NCBI GenBank assembly: GCA_016792665.1
Contig: JAEUKJ010000497.1
Span: forward strand, 1,490-65,489
Direction: 5' to 3'
DNA: 64,000 nt
Source of the DNA: Deltaproteobacteria bacterium
GTDB taxonomy: Bacteria > Myxococcota_A > UBA9042 > PHBI01
Made by a program: the position numbers and the translations under genes. The notes under the pieces were generated by a model. It searched no databases. It saw only the letters and a program-made list of their open reading frames with translations, and was not told the DNA's origin. Shown here piece after piece: positions 9,047 through 17,686 of the stretch (positions are counted from its first letter, which is position 1; each line of letters begins with the position of its first letter).

Positions 9047-10339
9047 TTAGAGGGAAAAGACGAGGTAGTGCAGGATGGTCAGCATGTCCGAGGTCGTCTG
9101 CGCATCGTTGTGGAAGTTCGTGTAGATGACGCGGCCGGCGCCCTGGGCGGGCACGTAGGACAAGGTCAGCGGGGCGTTCTTGATGTCGAGCTGGAAGGCG
9201 ACCTTGATGTCGCCGACGACGTGCGCGAAGGCGCCGCTCTGCACGGAGACGGGGGCTATCTGCGGGCCCTGGTCGAACTCGAGCGCGATGGTGTTCTTGC
9301 CGAGGTAGCTCGCGAGGGTGCCGTCAGCGACCGTAGCGGTGACCTTGGTGCCGGACGGGATGACCTGCGGCGAGTTGCCGGTGCCCATCGAGTTCGGGTC
9401 GTCGTTGTTGTACCAGGTGACCTTGTCGGGGAAGGCCCACTCGCCGAGCACCCAGGCGTAGTCGCTCATGTACAGCGAGCCCCCGGACAGTACGAAGTCT
9501 TTGATGTTGGGCATGACCGCGGCGTGCTCTTTGGGGAGCCAGCCGACCGTGCCGCCGCAGTTGGCGAAGAGGATCTTGTACGACTTCAGGCGCTGCGGAT
9601 CCGAGAGCAGGTCGAGGATGGTCCCGTCCGCCCCCTGATCACCCGCGTCGTTGAAGAAGTCGTAGCGCAGCCCGAGCTGGTCCAGGAGGCCTGCGAGGTT
9701 GTCCCAAGTTCCTGACAAGACGGCGATTTTTGCCGACGTCGCGCCGAAGCAGAGCTTGTTGGCGGCACCCGTCACGTCCAGGAGCTGCCCGGGCGCGATC
9801 TGGACCGGGTGGGTCGCGGCGAAGGAGCCCTTCTCGATATTGAGCGTGTGCACGCCGCAGGGCACATCGAGGAGGTAGTAGGTCCCGTCGATGTCGGAGG
9901 TCGTCCGGACCTCGAAGGGCTCGCCATTGCAGCCCGTGCCCTCGACCCAGACGTCGGCGCCATTGACGAAGACGTTGGCGCTGGGCGCGCACACGCGACC
10001 CTTGATGCTGCCCTTCTGGCCGCAGGGGTCGCAGGTCATCGACGTGTCGCCGAGCGAGGTGTCGAAGGTGAACGTGTCGGCGACGTCCGACGTGTCGCTC
10101 GTGTCCGGGCTCGACGCGTCGGCGTCGCCGTTCGGGTTCGAGGTGTCGCTGCACGCGCTGGTGCGCCAGCAGTCCTGGTCGCCGCAGTCGGTGAAGCCGT
10201 CGCCGTCGTCGTCGCCACCGTTGGAGCACAAGGCGGCGGTGGACTCGCCACCCGCGCCTGCGCCGTCATCGCTGCAGGCGGTGAAGATGGGGAGGACGAT
10301 CGGAAGGGAGATCGAGAGGATCTGGGACCACCGATGCAT
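9047..10339 (-). CDS. lipoprotein with an Asp-rich Ca-binding-like motif and a carboxypeptidase-regulatory-like domain (hypothetical)
   Basis: ORF 9047..10492. The ATG at 10339 gives MHRWSQILSISLPIVLPIFTAC (lipobox). Motifs seen: CSNGGDDDGDGFTDCGDQDC, an acidic DTS linker, and SIKGRVCAP...DIDGTYYLLDVPCGVHTLNIEKGSF (CarboxypepD_reg-like). Confidence 0.7.
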   Translation of the reverse strand: MHRWSQILSISLPIVLPIFTACSDDGAGAGGESTAALCSNGGDDDGDGFTDCGDQDCWRTSACSDTSNPNGDADASSPDTSDTSDVADTFTFDTSLGDTSMTCDPCGQKGSIKGRVCAPSANVFVNGADVWVEGTGCNGEPFEVRTTSDIDGTYYLLDVPCGVHTLNIEKGSFAATHPVQIAPGQLLDVTGAANKLCFGATSAKIAVLSGTWDNLAGLLDQLGLRYDFFNDAGDQGADGTILDLLSDPQRLKSYKILFANCGGTVGWLPKEHAAVMPNIKDFVLSGGSLYMSDYAWVLGEWAFPDKVTWYNNDDPNSMGTGNSPQVIPSGTKVTATVADGTLASYLGKNTIALEFDQGPQIAPVSVQSGAFAHVVGDIKVAFQLDIKNAPLTLSYVPAQGAGRVIYTNFHNDAQTTSDMLTILHYLVFSL

Positions 10340-10382
10340 AGAGACGCCTCCGTGTCGCGACGAGCTCGGGCCGTTGGGCCGA

Positions 10383-11744
10383 TCAGTACGGCAGGCAGAC
10401 CTTCTTCTGGACGCTGGCCTGGCCGTTACGGCCCTCGACCTCGCAGGTCGCGCCGAGCGCGCAGTCGTCGTTCGAGAAGCACGTCGCCACACACATGCCG
10501 TCGGTGAGCGTGCTCTCGGCCTCGGCCTTCACGCAGAAGGTCGTCGGCTGGTTCGCGGTGTCGGGGCACGAGCGCGAGCAGGACTGCGTGCAGATCCCGA
10601 CGCCGGCCACGCCGCTGTCGAACGGCGCGCACTTGCCGCCCGTGCACTCGGTGTCGGCGCGGCAGCGATCGCCCATCCAGCCCTCGGTGCCGGGGAGGCA
10701 CACGTCGGCCTTGGTCGCAGCCTGACCGAAGCGCGAGACGCCGGTCTTGGTCTTCATGTGATCGTAGCGGCGGCAGGTGTTGTCGACCGGGACCGACTTC
10801 GGGACGCACATGCCCTTGCCAGCCGCGTCGGGGTCGGCGACGCAGAAGGTCGGGGGATAGGCCGCGCGGTCGGTGCAGAACTTGTCGCAGCGGGTCGTGC
10901 AGAACTTGCGACCGCTGTAGCTGTTGCTGTGGCAGAGGCCGCCCGTGAAGTTGCAGTCGGCGTCGACCTGGCACTCGGAGCCGATCCACTTCTCGGCGAT
11001 GTCGATGGCGCGGTCATTGGCGTTGCGCTCGACCGCCTGCTGGATGCGGACCGGGGTCTTCTTGCCCTGGATGAGGGCGTAGACCTCGACCAGGTCGGCG
11101 GCCTGCATGCGCACGCAGCCATGGCTCACGTAGCCGCGGCGAAGGGTGCCGCCGTTGGCCTCGGTGTAGCGGTCGATGGGGCCGTGGATGCCGTAGGCCA
11201 GGGTCGGCGGGCCTTCGAGGCGGATGAAGGGCAGGCCGGCGAACACCGGGAGCTGCTTGCCCGAGTCGTCCTTCCACCAGATCTTACAGCTGTAGTTCCA
11301 GCTCCAGGTCTGGCCGGCCGGGGTCGAGCCATCGATGCCCTTGGGCATGTCGGTGCGGGCGTAGAAGAGACCGCTCGACAGGCCGGTCGAGACCGGGGTC
11401 AGGCTCTTGCCCTTCTCGATGGCACCGGGGCCGATCATGAAGACCTTGTCGTAGGTCCCCTGGCGGTCGACGAGGTGCAGCGTCAGGCCATCGAGGGACA
11501 CGACGATCATCGGGTCCTTCAGCGGCGTGAGGCTCGGGATGGGCTTGCAGGTCGTGGCGGCACCCCAGTTGCCGTCTTCCTTCAGGTCTTCGACCTCGCC
11601 GAGTCCGATCTCCGAGTAGCCCTCGGGAGCCTCATCGATAGCCGCGTCTTCACCGCACGCCGCGAACGGCGCGGTCAGGCTCACGGCGAGACCGAGGGCG
11701 AAAGTGGAGGAACCGAAGGCCTGAAGCGCGGTGCGAATCGACAT
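10383..11744 (-). CDS. L,D-transpeptidase (YkuD-family) lipoprotein with a ~200-aa Cys-rich C-terminal extension
   Basis: Signal plus lipobox (LTAPFAAC). The catalytic motif reads YGIHGP...RRGYVSHGCVRM. The C-terminal half carries about 28 Cys in repeated C..D.DC..G.C...FCT..C...CP...FCV modules. Confidence 0.85.
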   Translation of the reverse strand: MSIRTALQAFGSSTFALGLAVSLTAPFAACGEDAAIDEAPEGYSEIGLGEVEDLKEDGNWGAATTCKPIPSLTPLKDPMIVVSLDGLTLHLVDRQGTYDKVFMIGPGAIEKGKSLTPVSTGLSSGLFYARTDMPKGIDGSTPAGQTWSWNYSCKIWWKDDSGKQLPVFAGLPFIRLEGPPTLAYGIHGPIDRYTEANGGTLRRGYVSHGCVRMQAADLVEVYALIQGKKTPVRIQQAVERNANDRAIDIAEKWIGSECQVDADCNFTGGLCHSNSYSGRKFCTTRCDKFCTDRAAYPPTFCVADPDAAGKGMCVPKSVPVDNTCRRYDHMKTKTGVSRFGQAATKADVCLPGTEGWMGDRCRADTECTGGKCAPFDSGVAGVGICTQSCSRSCPDTANQPTTFCVKAEAESTLTDGMCVATCFSNDDCALGATCEVEGRNGQASVQKKVCLPY

Positions 11745-11816
11745 AGAAGCCTCGTTGAAGGGCGAGGCGGACTAACAGACCGCGCGACACGATACAAGCT
11801 TGCGGGACGGAGACGC

Positions 11817-12977
11817 TCAGGGGAGGAGGGAAAACCCTTCAGATCCAGGCACATCGTGCCACGTGATGCGGCGCCCCGAGACCCACGAGAAGCTCGCCGG
11901 ATCGACCACGATGGTGACGCCTTGTGACTCGAACACGAGGTCGTCGGGCTCGAGGTTCTCGTCGAAGGCGAAGTCCAGCTCGGGGCGCCCCAGTCCGGGC
12001 ACACGGCTCGTGAGGATGCGCAGCGGGCTACCGGGGACGCCGGCCTCCCACGACATGAGCATGATCTGGCGCGCGGCCATCGGGGTCAGCTCGACCGGGG
12101 TCGTGCGTGCGCCGCGTGCGAAGACGCCGGGTGCCCGCATGCGTCGGGGACCCGACTCGGCCTGGCCTTGCGACCGTGCCTCGGGGGGCGCCACATTCGG
12201 CGGGCGCGGGGTGTTGCGCGGCGGGCGCTCGGGCGCGCGTGGGCTGCGGCGGAGGTCGACCTCCATCGTGACGACGCCGGGGGTCATCCCCTCGGGCAGG
12301 TCGAAGTCGTAGAGCTCGGCGGGGCCGGCGGGGCGGAGGTCCTCGGTGACGCGGCGCACGAGGGCATCGGCCGCGCGCGCGAGGGCTTCGCGTTCGAAGG
12401 CGGCGCGTGAGCCGCGTGAGGATGCACCCTCGGAGCGTGCGCCCGTTGCGGAGGGGGCGCCGCCGATGACGAACGTGGTCGAGGTCATGCCGCGCGTGGG
12501 GTCGATGTCGAGGCGGGTCTCGATCGGATCGCGGCGCGAGGAGCGCGGGGCGCGGGGCGGCGGCATCGGGTCGGGCGGGCGCATGCCGCGGAGCTCGGCC
12601 GCGCGCTGGGCGCGGCGCGAGTCGGGGTCCATCTCGGTGCGGACGTAGCGGCTGTTGTTCGTGAGCTCGCGGGCGAGGAGATCGGCGGCCTCGAGGTCGG
12701 GATCGTTGGGGAAGCGCGGCGGTGGCTCGGGCGCGCGCGCTGCGATGCCCTGAGGTGAGCGCTGGGGCCCGGGTCGGGTCGGGCTGGCCGTGGGGCCGGT
12801 CGACGGTGCGGTGACGATCGGGGCCGGCTGGGCGCCACGGCGAGCGCTGTCGGCGCGGGTCGGACGGGCACGCGGCGCGCGCGCGACGAGCGGTTGCCCG
12901 TCGTCACCGTCGAGGTCGAGGTTCGCGAAGCGCTTGAGGACTGGAGGCTTCGGTCGGTCGCTGAAGTCGGTCGCCAT
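11817..12977 (-). CDS. Pro/Arg-rich protein with a C-terminal HesB/IscA-like domain lacking the Cys ligands
   Basis: ORF 11817..13421, but it cannot start upstream of the neighbouring gene that ends at 13045. The candidate ATGs are 12977 (MATDFSDRP) and 12992. The C-terminus reads LTPMAARQIMLM...LRIL...ELDFAFDENLEPDDLVFESQGVTIVVDPASFSWVSGRRITW...GSEGFSL. That follows an IscA-fold pattern without the CGCG motif. Confidence 0.6.
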   Translation of the reverse strand: MATDFSDRPKPPVLKRFANLDLDGDDGQPLVARAPRARPTRADSARRGAQPAPIVTAPSTGPTASPTRPGPQRSPQGIAARAPEPPPRFPNDPDLEAADLLARELTNNSRYVRTEMDPDSRRAQRAAELRGMRPPDPMPPPRAPRSSRRDPIETRLDIDPTRGMTSTTFVIGGAPSATGARSEGASSRGSRAAFEREALARAADALVRRVTEDLRPAGPAELYDFDLPEGMTPGVVTMEVDLRRSPRAPERPPRNTPRPPNVAPPEARSQGQAESGPRRMRAPGVFARGARTTPVELTPMAARQIMLMSWEAGVPGSPLRILTSRVPGLGRPELDFAFDENLEPDDLVFESQGVTIVVDPASFSWVSGRRITWHDVPGSEGFSLLP

Positions 12978-13044
12978 GGTGTCTCGCAGCATACCCACCG
13001 GCGCGGTCGAATCCAGCTCCCGGCCGCGACGGAGGGGTCGGAGC

Positions 13045-13581
13045 TCAGAGCTCGGTGAGGTCGACGTCGACCACGAGGTCGCGTGCGACGGCTTCGAGGG
13101 CGGCGCGCAGGCTGTCGAGCGTGAGTGTCGTGGGCAGGTGGACGGCGGCCTCGGCTTCGAAGATCGGGACGCCGGACATCGGTGCAACAAAGGTGCGCGT
13201 GTCGAGCTCGTCGACGTTGACGCCGGCCTGGGCCAGGACGCGCGAGATCGCCTGCACGAGCCCGGGGCGGTCCTGGCCGACGAAGGCCAGTCGCGCCGTG
13301 CGCGGGGCCGGCTGGGCGGGGTCCTTGATGTGACCGAAGGCCTCCGGATCAGCCGCGTGGACCTGGACGGCGAGGCCATCGAGGGCGCGCAGAGCCGAGG
13401 TGATCGAGGAGACCGCGTCACTGGGGACGTCGACCTCGACGATGCCGGCGAACTGCCCGGCGAGGCGAGCCATGCGGCTCTTCTGCCAGGAGCCCTGGCT
13501 CTGCGCGATGACGGCGGAGAGGCGATCGACCAGGCCGGGTCGATCGACCCCGATGACGGTGAGGACGAGGCGTGCGTTCAT
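13045..13581 (-). CDS. tandem-ACT-domain protein, glycine cleavage system regulator (GcvR)-like
   Basis: 178 aa. Two ACT-like halves begin LVLTVIGVDRPGLVDRLSAVIA and LAFVGQDRPGLVQAISRVLA, which matches the GcvR/ACT_6 layout. Confidence 0.7.
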   Translation of the reverse strand: MNARLVLTVIGVDRPGLVDRLSAVIAQSQGSWQKSRMARLAGQFAGIVEVDVPSDAVSSITSALRALDGLAVQVHAADPEAFGHIKDPAQPAPRTARLAFVGQDRPGLVQAISRVLAQAGVNVDELDTRTFVAPMSGVPIFEAEAAVHLPTTLTLDSLRAALEAVARDLVVDVDLTEL

Positions 13582-13646
13582 GGGGCGAGCATAGGCGAAT
13601 CGGCGCGCATGTCGACCTGCGGCGCACGCGAGGACCGGAGCAGCCT

Positions 13647-13808
13647 CGACGCCGGCGCTCGGCGCAGCCGCGCGTGACCACGAACACGAGCGCGAGCGAG
13701 CCGAGATGCCGGCAAGGAGCGAGTGCCGTGAGTGACGAGGGGCACTCGAGTGCCCCGCAGGAACGAACGAACGAGCGACGACGCCGGCGCTCGGCGCAGC
13801 CGCGCGTG
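13647..13808. repeat. intergenic repeat element, copy A: perfect 30-bp direct repeats flanking a 102-bp core with a hairpin
   Basis: cgacgccggcgctcggcgcagccgcgcgtg occurs at 13647..13676 and again at 13779..13808. The core holds the hairpin GGGGCAC-tcga-GTGCCCC (13739..13756). About 70 bp of the core (13712..13785) are roughly 80% identical to 48406..48477. Confidence 0.8.
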
Positions 13809-13809
13809 C

Positions 13810-14802
13810 TCAGCCAACCAGGGGGAGCGAGACGCCGCGGCCCTGCTCACGAGCCCGCGCGACGAGGATGCGCGCGACGGCGAGGTCCTGCACGGCGAGG
13901 CCGGTCGAGTCGAAGAGGGTGATCGCTCCGGCCTCGGGCCGCGCCACGAGCTGCCCGTTCAGGACCGCGCCCAGCGAACCCGCGACCTGGTCTTCGCGCA
14001 GGTCGCCGTGATGGAGCGGCACGTTGACCTCACCCGAATGGAAGGCCTGGGCGGGGTCATCGACGAAGATGCGGGCCGAGACCGTGAGCGCGGTCTCGAG
14101 CTCCTGCTTGCCCTCGGCATCGGCGCCCATCGCGTTCAAGTGTGCGCCCGGGCGGACCATGCGGGCAAGGACGACGGGCTCGGCTCCCGGGGTGCTGGTG
14201 CACACGATGTCACACGCGGCCGCCTCCTCGACGCTGCCGACGCGCCCACCGAAGGCCTCGGCCATGGCGAGGGCGGCCTCGGGTCGGACGTCGGCGAAGA
14301 CGAGCTCGGTCACGTGCGGGTGGGTCACGCGGTGCGCCATGGCCATCGTGCGTGACTGGACGCCGGCGCCGACGAAGCCCAGCGAGCGCGCCTCGGGCCG
14401 GGCCAGCGCGCGCGAGGCCACGGCCGCGGCGGCTCCGGTGCGGATCGCGGTGAGCCAGGTCGCATCGAGGATGGCGAGGGGGCGGGCGGTCTCGGGATCG
14501 GAGTAGATGTAGACGCCCATGACGGCCGGCAGGCCGTGGCGACGCGGGTTCTGCGGATGCGAGTTGACCCACTTCACGCCGGCGGCACCGTCGAAGAACG
14601 CCGGCATGGCCCGGAAATCGCCAGCGTATTCGGGGAGATCCAGATAGACCTTGGGCGGCATGCGCGCGCGCCCCGCGGCGTGGGCCGCGAACGCCGACGC
14701 CACGGCGTCGACGACGGCGGGCATGTCGGTGAGCGCCTCGACGTCGGCGCGGGTGAGGATGAGGGTCTCGGGTATTTTTGCCATCGCTGCCATCTCTGCC
14801 AT
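13810..14802 (-). CDS. ornithine cyclodeaminase / mu-crystallin family enzyme
   Basis: ORF 13810..14856; the start is probably ATG 14802 or 14784. Family hallmarks: ILDATWLTAIRTGAAAAVASRALA, GFVGAGVQSR (Rossmann loop) and ITLFDSTGLAVQDLAVA. Confidence 0.8.
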   Translation of the reverse strand: MAEMAAMAKIPETLILTRADVEALTDMPAVVDAVASAFAAHAAGRARMPPKVYLDLPEYAGDFRAMPAFFDGAAGVKWVNSHPQNPRRHGLPAVMGVYIYSDPETARPLAILDATWLTAIRTGAAAAVASRALARPEARSLGFVGAGVQSRTMAMAHRVTHPHVTELVFADVRPEAALAMAEAFGGRVGSVEEAAACDIVCTSTPGAEPVVLARMVRPGAHLNAMGADAEGKQELETALTVSARIFVDDPAQAFHSGEVNVPLHHGDLREDQVAGSLGAVLNGQLVARPEAGAITLFDSTGLAVQDLAVARILVARAREQGRGVSLPLVG

Positions 14803-14998
14803 GTTCGGGGTCGCCACGTGCCGGCCCATTCGCGCATAGGCCGACGCGGTCCGCAAGTCGGCCCGAGGCGCGGGCCTCCGCGGTCGCGTACCGGTCGCGA
14901 CGGGGGCCGTCGGGCGGCGATCGGAACCGCCGAAAAAGATCGGTTTACCCGGTCACGCGGCCGGGTCTCAGCGGCGTCACCGTCAGAGAGCACACACC

Positions 14999-15205
14999 AT
15001 GAACGACACCTCGAACCGCTCCACCCCCTCGAACGCCACCCACCTCCTCGGCGGGATCGCCGCGCTGCTCGGCGGCCTGGTCGTCGTCGCTTTCGGACAA
15101 GCCGCCCTCGGGCCGGCCGAGGTGCATCCCATCGCGACCGGCCTCTTCGCGGTCGGCACCGTGGCGACCGGCGTCGGGCTCGCCTCGCGGCTCACGAATC
15201 GCTGA
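14999..15205 (+). CDS. small membrane protein (hypothetical, 68 aa)
   Basis: ATG start and high GC3. There are two hydrophobic helices (LLGGIAALLGGLVVVAF and LFAVGTVATGVGLA). A strong terminator hairpin follows 52 nt downstream. Confidence 0.55.
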   Translation: MNDTSNRSTPSNATHLLGGIAALLGGLVVVAFGQAALGPAEVHPIATGLFAVGTVATGVGLASRLTNR

Positions 15206-15256
15206 GCGGAGCGTCCGACGCTGAGACGCCGCCAAGGGCGCCGAGACCAGACGCAG

Positions 15257-15296
15257 AAAGGCCTCCGTGACGCGTGCCACGGAGGCCTTTTCAGTT
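15257..15296. terminator. bidirectional rho-independent terminator
   Basis: A perfect 13-bp stem, aaaggcctccgtg (15257..15269) / cacggaggccttt (15278..15290), closes an 8-nt loop. It has T-rich flanks on both strands and sits between convergent genes 14999..15205 (+) and 15342..15728 (-). Confidence 0.75.
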
Positions 15297-15341
15297 TCTC
15301 CAGCCCGGCTCTCAGCCGAGTGACTGGAGGCTCACGACCGC

Positions 15342-15728
15342 TCAGCGGAGGGCGATGCGCGCCTCGCGCTCGAGGGCGGCGGCCTGGCGGACCAGCGCCT
15401 TACCCTGACGCTCGAGCTGCTTGCCCTGGCGGAGGAGGATCGGGCGGTGGGTCATGCGACCGAGGCGCGTGAGCTCCTTGCCGCGAGCGATCTGCTGGAG
15501 CCCCTCCTGCTCCATCTGGGCGGCGCGGCGGAGCTTCTCGTGCTGGCGGGCCTCGAAGGCGCGCCGACCCTGGTAGAAGCCGGGGGTCTTGTCGAGGCGG
15601 CCGCCGCGATCGTAGCGGACCTGGACGAAGTGAGCATCGGTCGGCGGGGGCGAGGCGAGCGCCGCAGGAGCCGCACCGCCAACGATCGTGAGGGTCAGGA
15701 TTCCGAGGAGTTTCTTCGTGAACGACAT
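15342..15728 (-). CDS. small secreted coiled-coil protein (hypothetical)
   Basis: ORF 15342..15734. The ATG at 15728 gives MSFTKKLLGILTLTIVGGAAPAALA (signal peptide), followed by Arg/Gln/Glu-rich helical sequence. Confidence 0.6.
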   Translation of the reverse strand: MSFTKKLLGILTLTIVGGAAPAALASPPPTDAHFVQVRYDRGGRLDKTPGFYQGRRAFEARQHEKLRRAAQMEQEGLQQIARGKELTRLGRMTHRPILLRQGKQLERQGKALVRQAAALEREARIALR

Positions 15729-15962
15729 GGCCAACCTCTCTTGCGGTGAGTCGAGCGAAGCCGCTCGAGCTTGGTGAGCCGACCCAGCGTCGTGCTCGTG
15801 CTGGCAAGAACGCCGCCCGGCGACCGAAATGCGTGAGGCTTTGTAAGGAAAGCTCGATCAGAGCGGCCTGGAGCGCGCCTGTCGTAAAGGTCGTGTCTCG
15901 GATCGCGCGGCGCGTGACGCCCACGACACGACACACGCGGCGACGTCACGCAGCGCGCGGGC

Positions 15963-16481
15963 TCACGCCGAGGGCGCGTCGACCACGCCCACGAGGCGGT
16001 CGAGGAGCTCGACCTGCGCGGGGTTGAGCTTCACGCGCGCCGTCGCGAGATCCACGAAGCGCACCTCGTCGACCTCGTCGAAGGCGAGCTCGCGCATCGA
16101 GCCGGGAGGCCACTCGATCCGGACCTGCGGCGGGCGATGGGGGCGGAGCTCCTGGTCGGCCTCCATCGCGAAGGCGTGCACGACCTTGCCGCCCTTCTGG
16201 GTGATCGCCCCGAGCGACACCATCGGCGTCTCGGGAACGAGGCCCGTCTCTTCCTCGAGCTCGCGGATCGCGGTCTCTCGCAGCCGCTCGTCGTCGATGT
16301 CGACCACGACCGCGCCGGGGTCATCGAAGACGAGACCCTTCGGGATGGACCAGGCCCCTTCGTCCTTGCCCGCGAAGAAGGGCCCGCCGGGGTGCACGAT
16401 CAAGACCTCGAGGCCGTCCACCGCGCTGGCGCGGCGCCAGACCAGGACCCCGGCCGACACCTTCTTCGGGTTGACCTTCAC
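15963..16481 (-). CDS. NUDIX hydrolase
   Basis: The Nudix box RETAIRELEEETGL fits REUXEEXGU. The proposed start is GTG 16481, which overlaps the upstream stop as GTGA (16478..16481). The longer ORF reaching 16799 overlaps the neighbouring gene and is Arg-rich junk. Confidence 0.8.
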   Translation of the reverse strand: MKVNPKKVSAGVLVWRRASAVDGLEVLIVHPGGPFFAGKDEGAWSIPKGLVFDDPGAVVVDIDDERLRETAIRELEEETGLVPETPMVSLGAITQKGGKVVHAFAMEADQELRPHRPPQVRIEWPPGSMRELAFDEVDEVRFVDLATARVKLNPAQVELLDRLVGVVDAPSA

Positions 16482-17005
16482 GGCGCCTTCGAGGGCGGAG
16501 GCGTCACGGCGAAGTCGACCCCGCTTGCGACCAGGGCCTCGGCCACCGCGGTCGCGACGTCGGTCGCAAGCCGCGTGCAGAAGGCGTGACGCTCGGGCGA
16601 GCGGAAGATCGGGAACGGCCCGGTCAGCGTGTTGCACACGATGCCGTCCCCGGGCGCCGCGCCGCGGTCGACCCGCTGCCGCCAGAGGACCTCGTAGCGC
16701 TCCATCGCGTCGCGCAAGGCAGGCGTCACGGGACCGGTCGGGTCGGGGTCGCCGAGGAGCTCTCCCAAGACGAGACGCCCCGCGACGATCGCGCCGCACT
16801 CACCCTGACCGGTGATGCCGCCGCGCCTCAGCGCTTGATAGGCCGCGGGCGCGCGGCCAAAGGTCTCGGCGATGGCGATCCCGCACGAGCGGTGCGGGGT
16901 CACCACGCCATCATAGAGCACCTGCGCGGTCGCACGGGCAGCACCGACGCGCGCGTCGGGCCCCTCGACCGGCGAGGCCGGCCCGTCAGCGCGCGCGGAC
17001 GTCAC
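16478..17005 (-). CDS. C_GCAxxG_C_C family (putative redox-active) protein
   Basis: 175 aa with the pattern HRSCGIAIAETF...GQGECGAIVAGRLVLG...CNTL...FCTRL, typical of the C-GCAxxG-C-C family. Confidence 0.7.
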   Translation of the reverse strand: MTSARADGPASPVEGPDARVGAARATAQVLYDGVVTPHRSCGIAIAETFGRAPAAYQALRRGGITGQGECGAIVAGRLVLGELLGDPDPTGPVTPALRDAMERYEVLWRQRVDRGAAPGDGIVCNTLTGPFPIFRSPERHAFCTRLATDVATAVAEALVASGVDFAVTPPPSKAP

Positions 17006-17008
17006 GGC

Positions 17009-17626
17009 TCACTGACCGCCGAAGCCGCTGCCACCCTGGGGCTGCGGGGCCGGGGCCGGGGCCGGAGCGGGCGTCGGGGCCGGGGCCGCGCCACCACCAA
17101 AGCCGCTGCCGCCCTGGGGCTGCGGGGCCGGAGCCGGGGTCGGAACCGGGGCCGCACCACCACCAAAGCCGCTGCCACCGGGCGCGGGCTGGGGCTGACC
17201 GGGAGGCGTCGCCACCGCACCGCCGAGCTTGCCACCCGCCGCGGGCTGCACGGGCTGACCGGCCGCACCGGGGTCCGCCGGGCCACCGAGCTTGCCACCC
17301 GGGGTGGTCGTGCCGGCCGGGGCCGCGACGGCCTGCGGGTTCAGACCCGCCTCGAACTGCTCGACGCGCGAGCACAGGCCAGCCAGCGCGCGCGCGGCCT
17401 CGTCGCCGGTCTTGGTCTTGAGCGTCTCGAACTCGGTCGAGAACTCGACCTTCTTGCGCTCGATGTCGAACTTGTGCTGCGGCATCTTGCTGGCGAGCAG
17501 GTCGAGCTGATCGACCGCGCGCTTGTAGCGCTGGATCTGGGATTCCACCGTCGGAGCACCGCACGCCGCGAGCGACGCGAGCGCCACGAAGACGACGAGA
17601 AGGGGATTGAAGATCTTGCGAAGCAT
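17009..17626 (-). CDS. lipoprotein with a helical N-domain and a Gly/Pro-rich repetitive tail (hypothetical)
   Basis: ATG 17626 is preceded by AAGGAAA and gives MLRKIFNPLLVVFVALASLAAC (lipobox). The tail repeats PQGGSGFGGGAAPxPTPAPAP. Confidence 0.7.
   Translation of the reverse strand: MLRKIFNPLLVVFVALASLAACGAPTVESQIQRYKRAVDQLDLLASKMPQHKFDIERKKVEFSTEFETLKTKTGDEAARALAGLCSRVEQFEAGLNPQAVAAPAGTTTPGGKLGGPADPGAAGQPVQPAAGGKLGGAVATPPGQPQPAPGGSGFGGGAAPVPTPAPAPQPQGGSGFGGGAAPAPTPAPAPAPAPQPQGGSGFGGQ
17016..17185 (-). repeat. coding tandem repeat (~66-75 bp units, about 2.5 copies)
   Basis: Units start near 17016, 17091 and 17157 (ccaccaccaaagccgctgcc...ctggggctgcggggccgg...). They encode the GGSGFGGG/PAPAP tail of CDS 17009..17626. 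Confidence 0.7.
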
Positions 17627-17686
17627 GCGAGTTTCCTTTTTCAATTCAATAGCTTGAGTGGTCGCGCAGGAACGCCCTGCCGCGGC

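Noticed and set aside
11817-13421. Full 534-aa extent of the listed minus ORF
   Set aside because: Its upstream third overlaps the well-supported ACT-domain gene 13045..13581 in another frame. Only the part downstream of 12992 is plausible.
15890-15932. Hairpin (gtcgtgtc / gacacgac) downstream of the NUDIX gene as a terminator
   Set aside because: It has only an 8-bp stem with a 27-nt loop and a weak T tract (ctttacg), which is not convincing.
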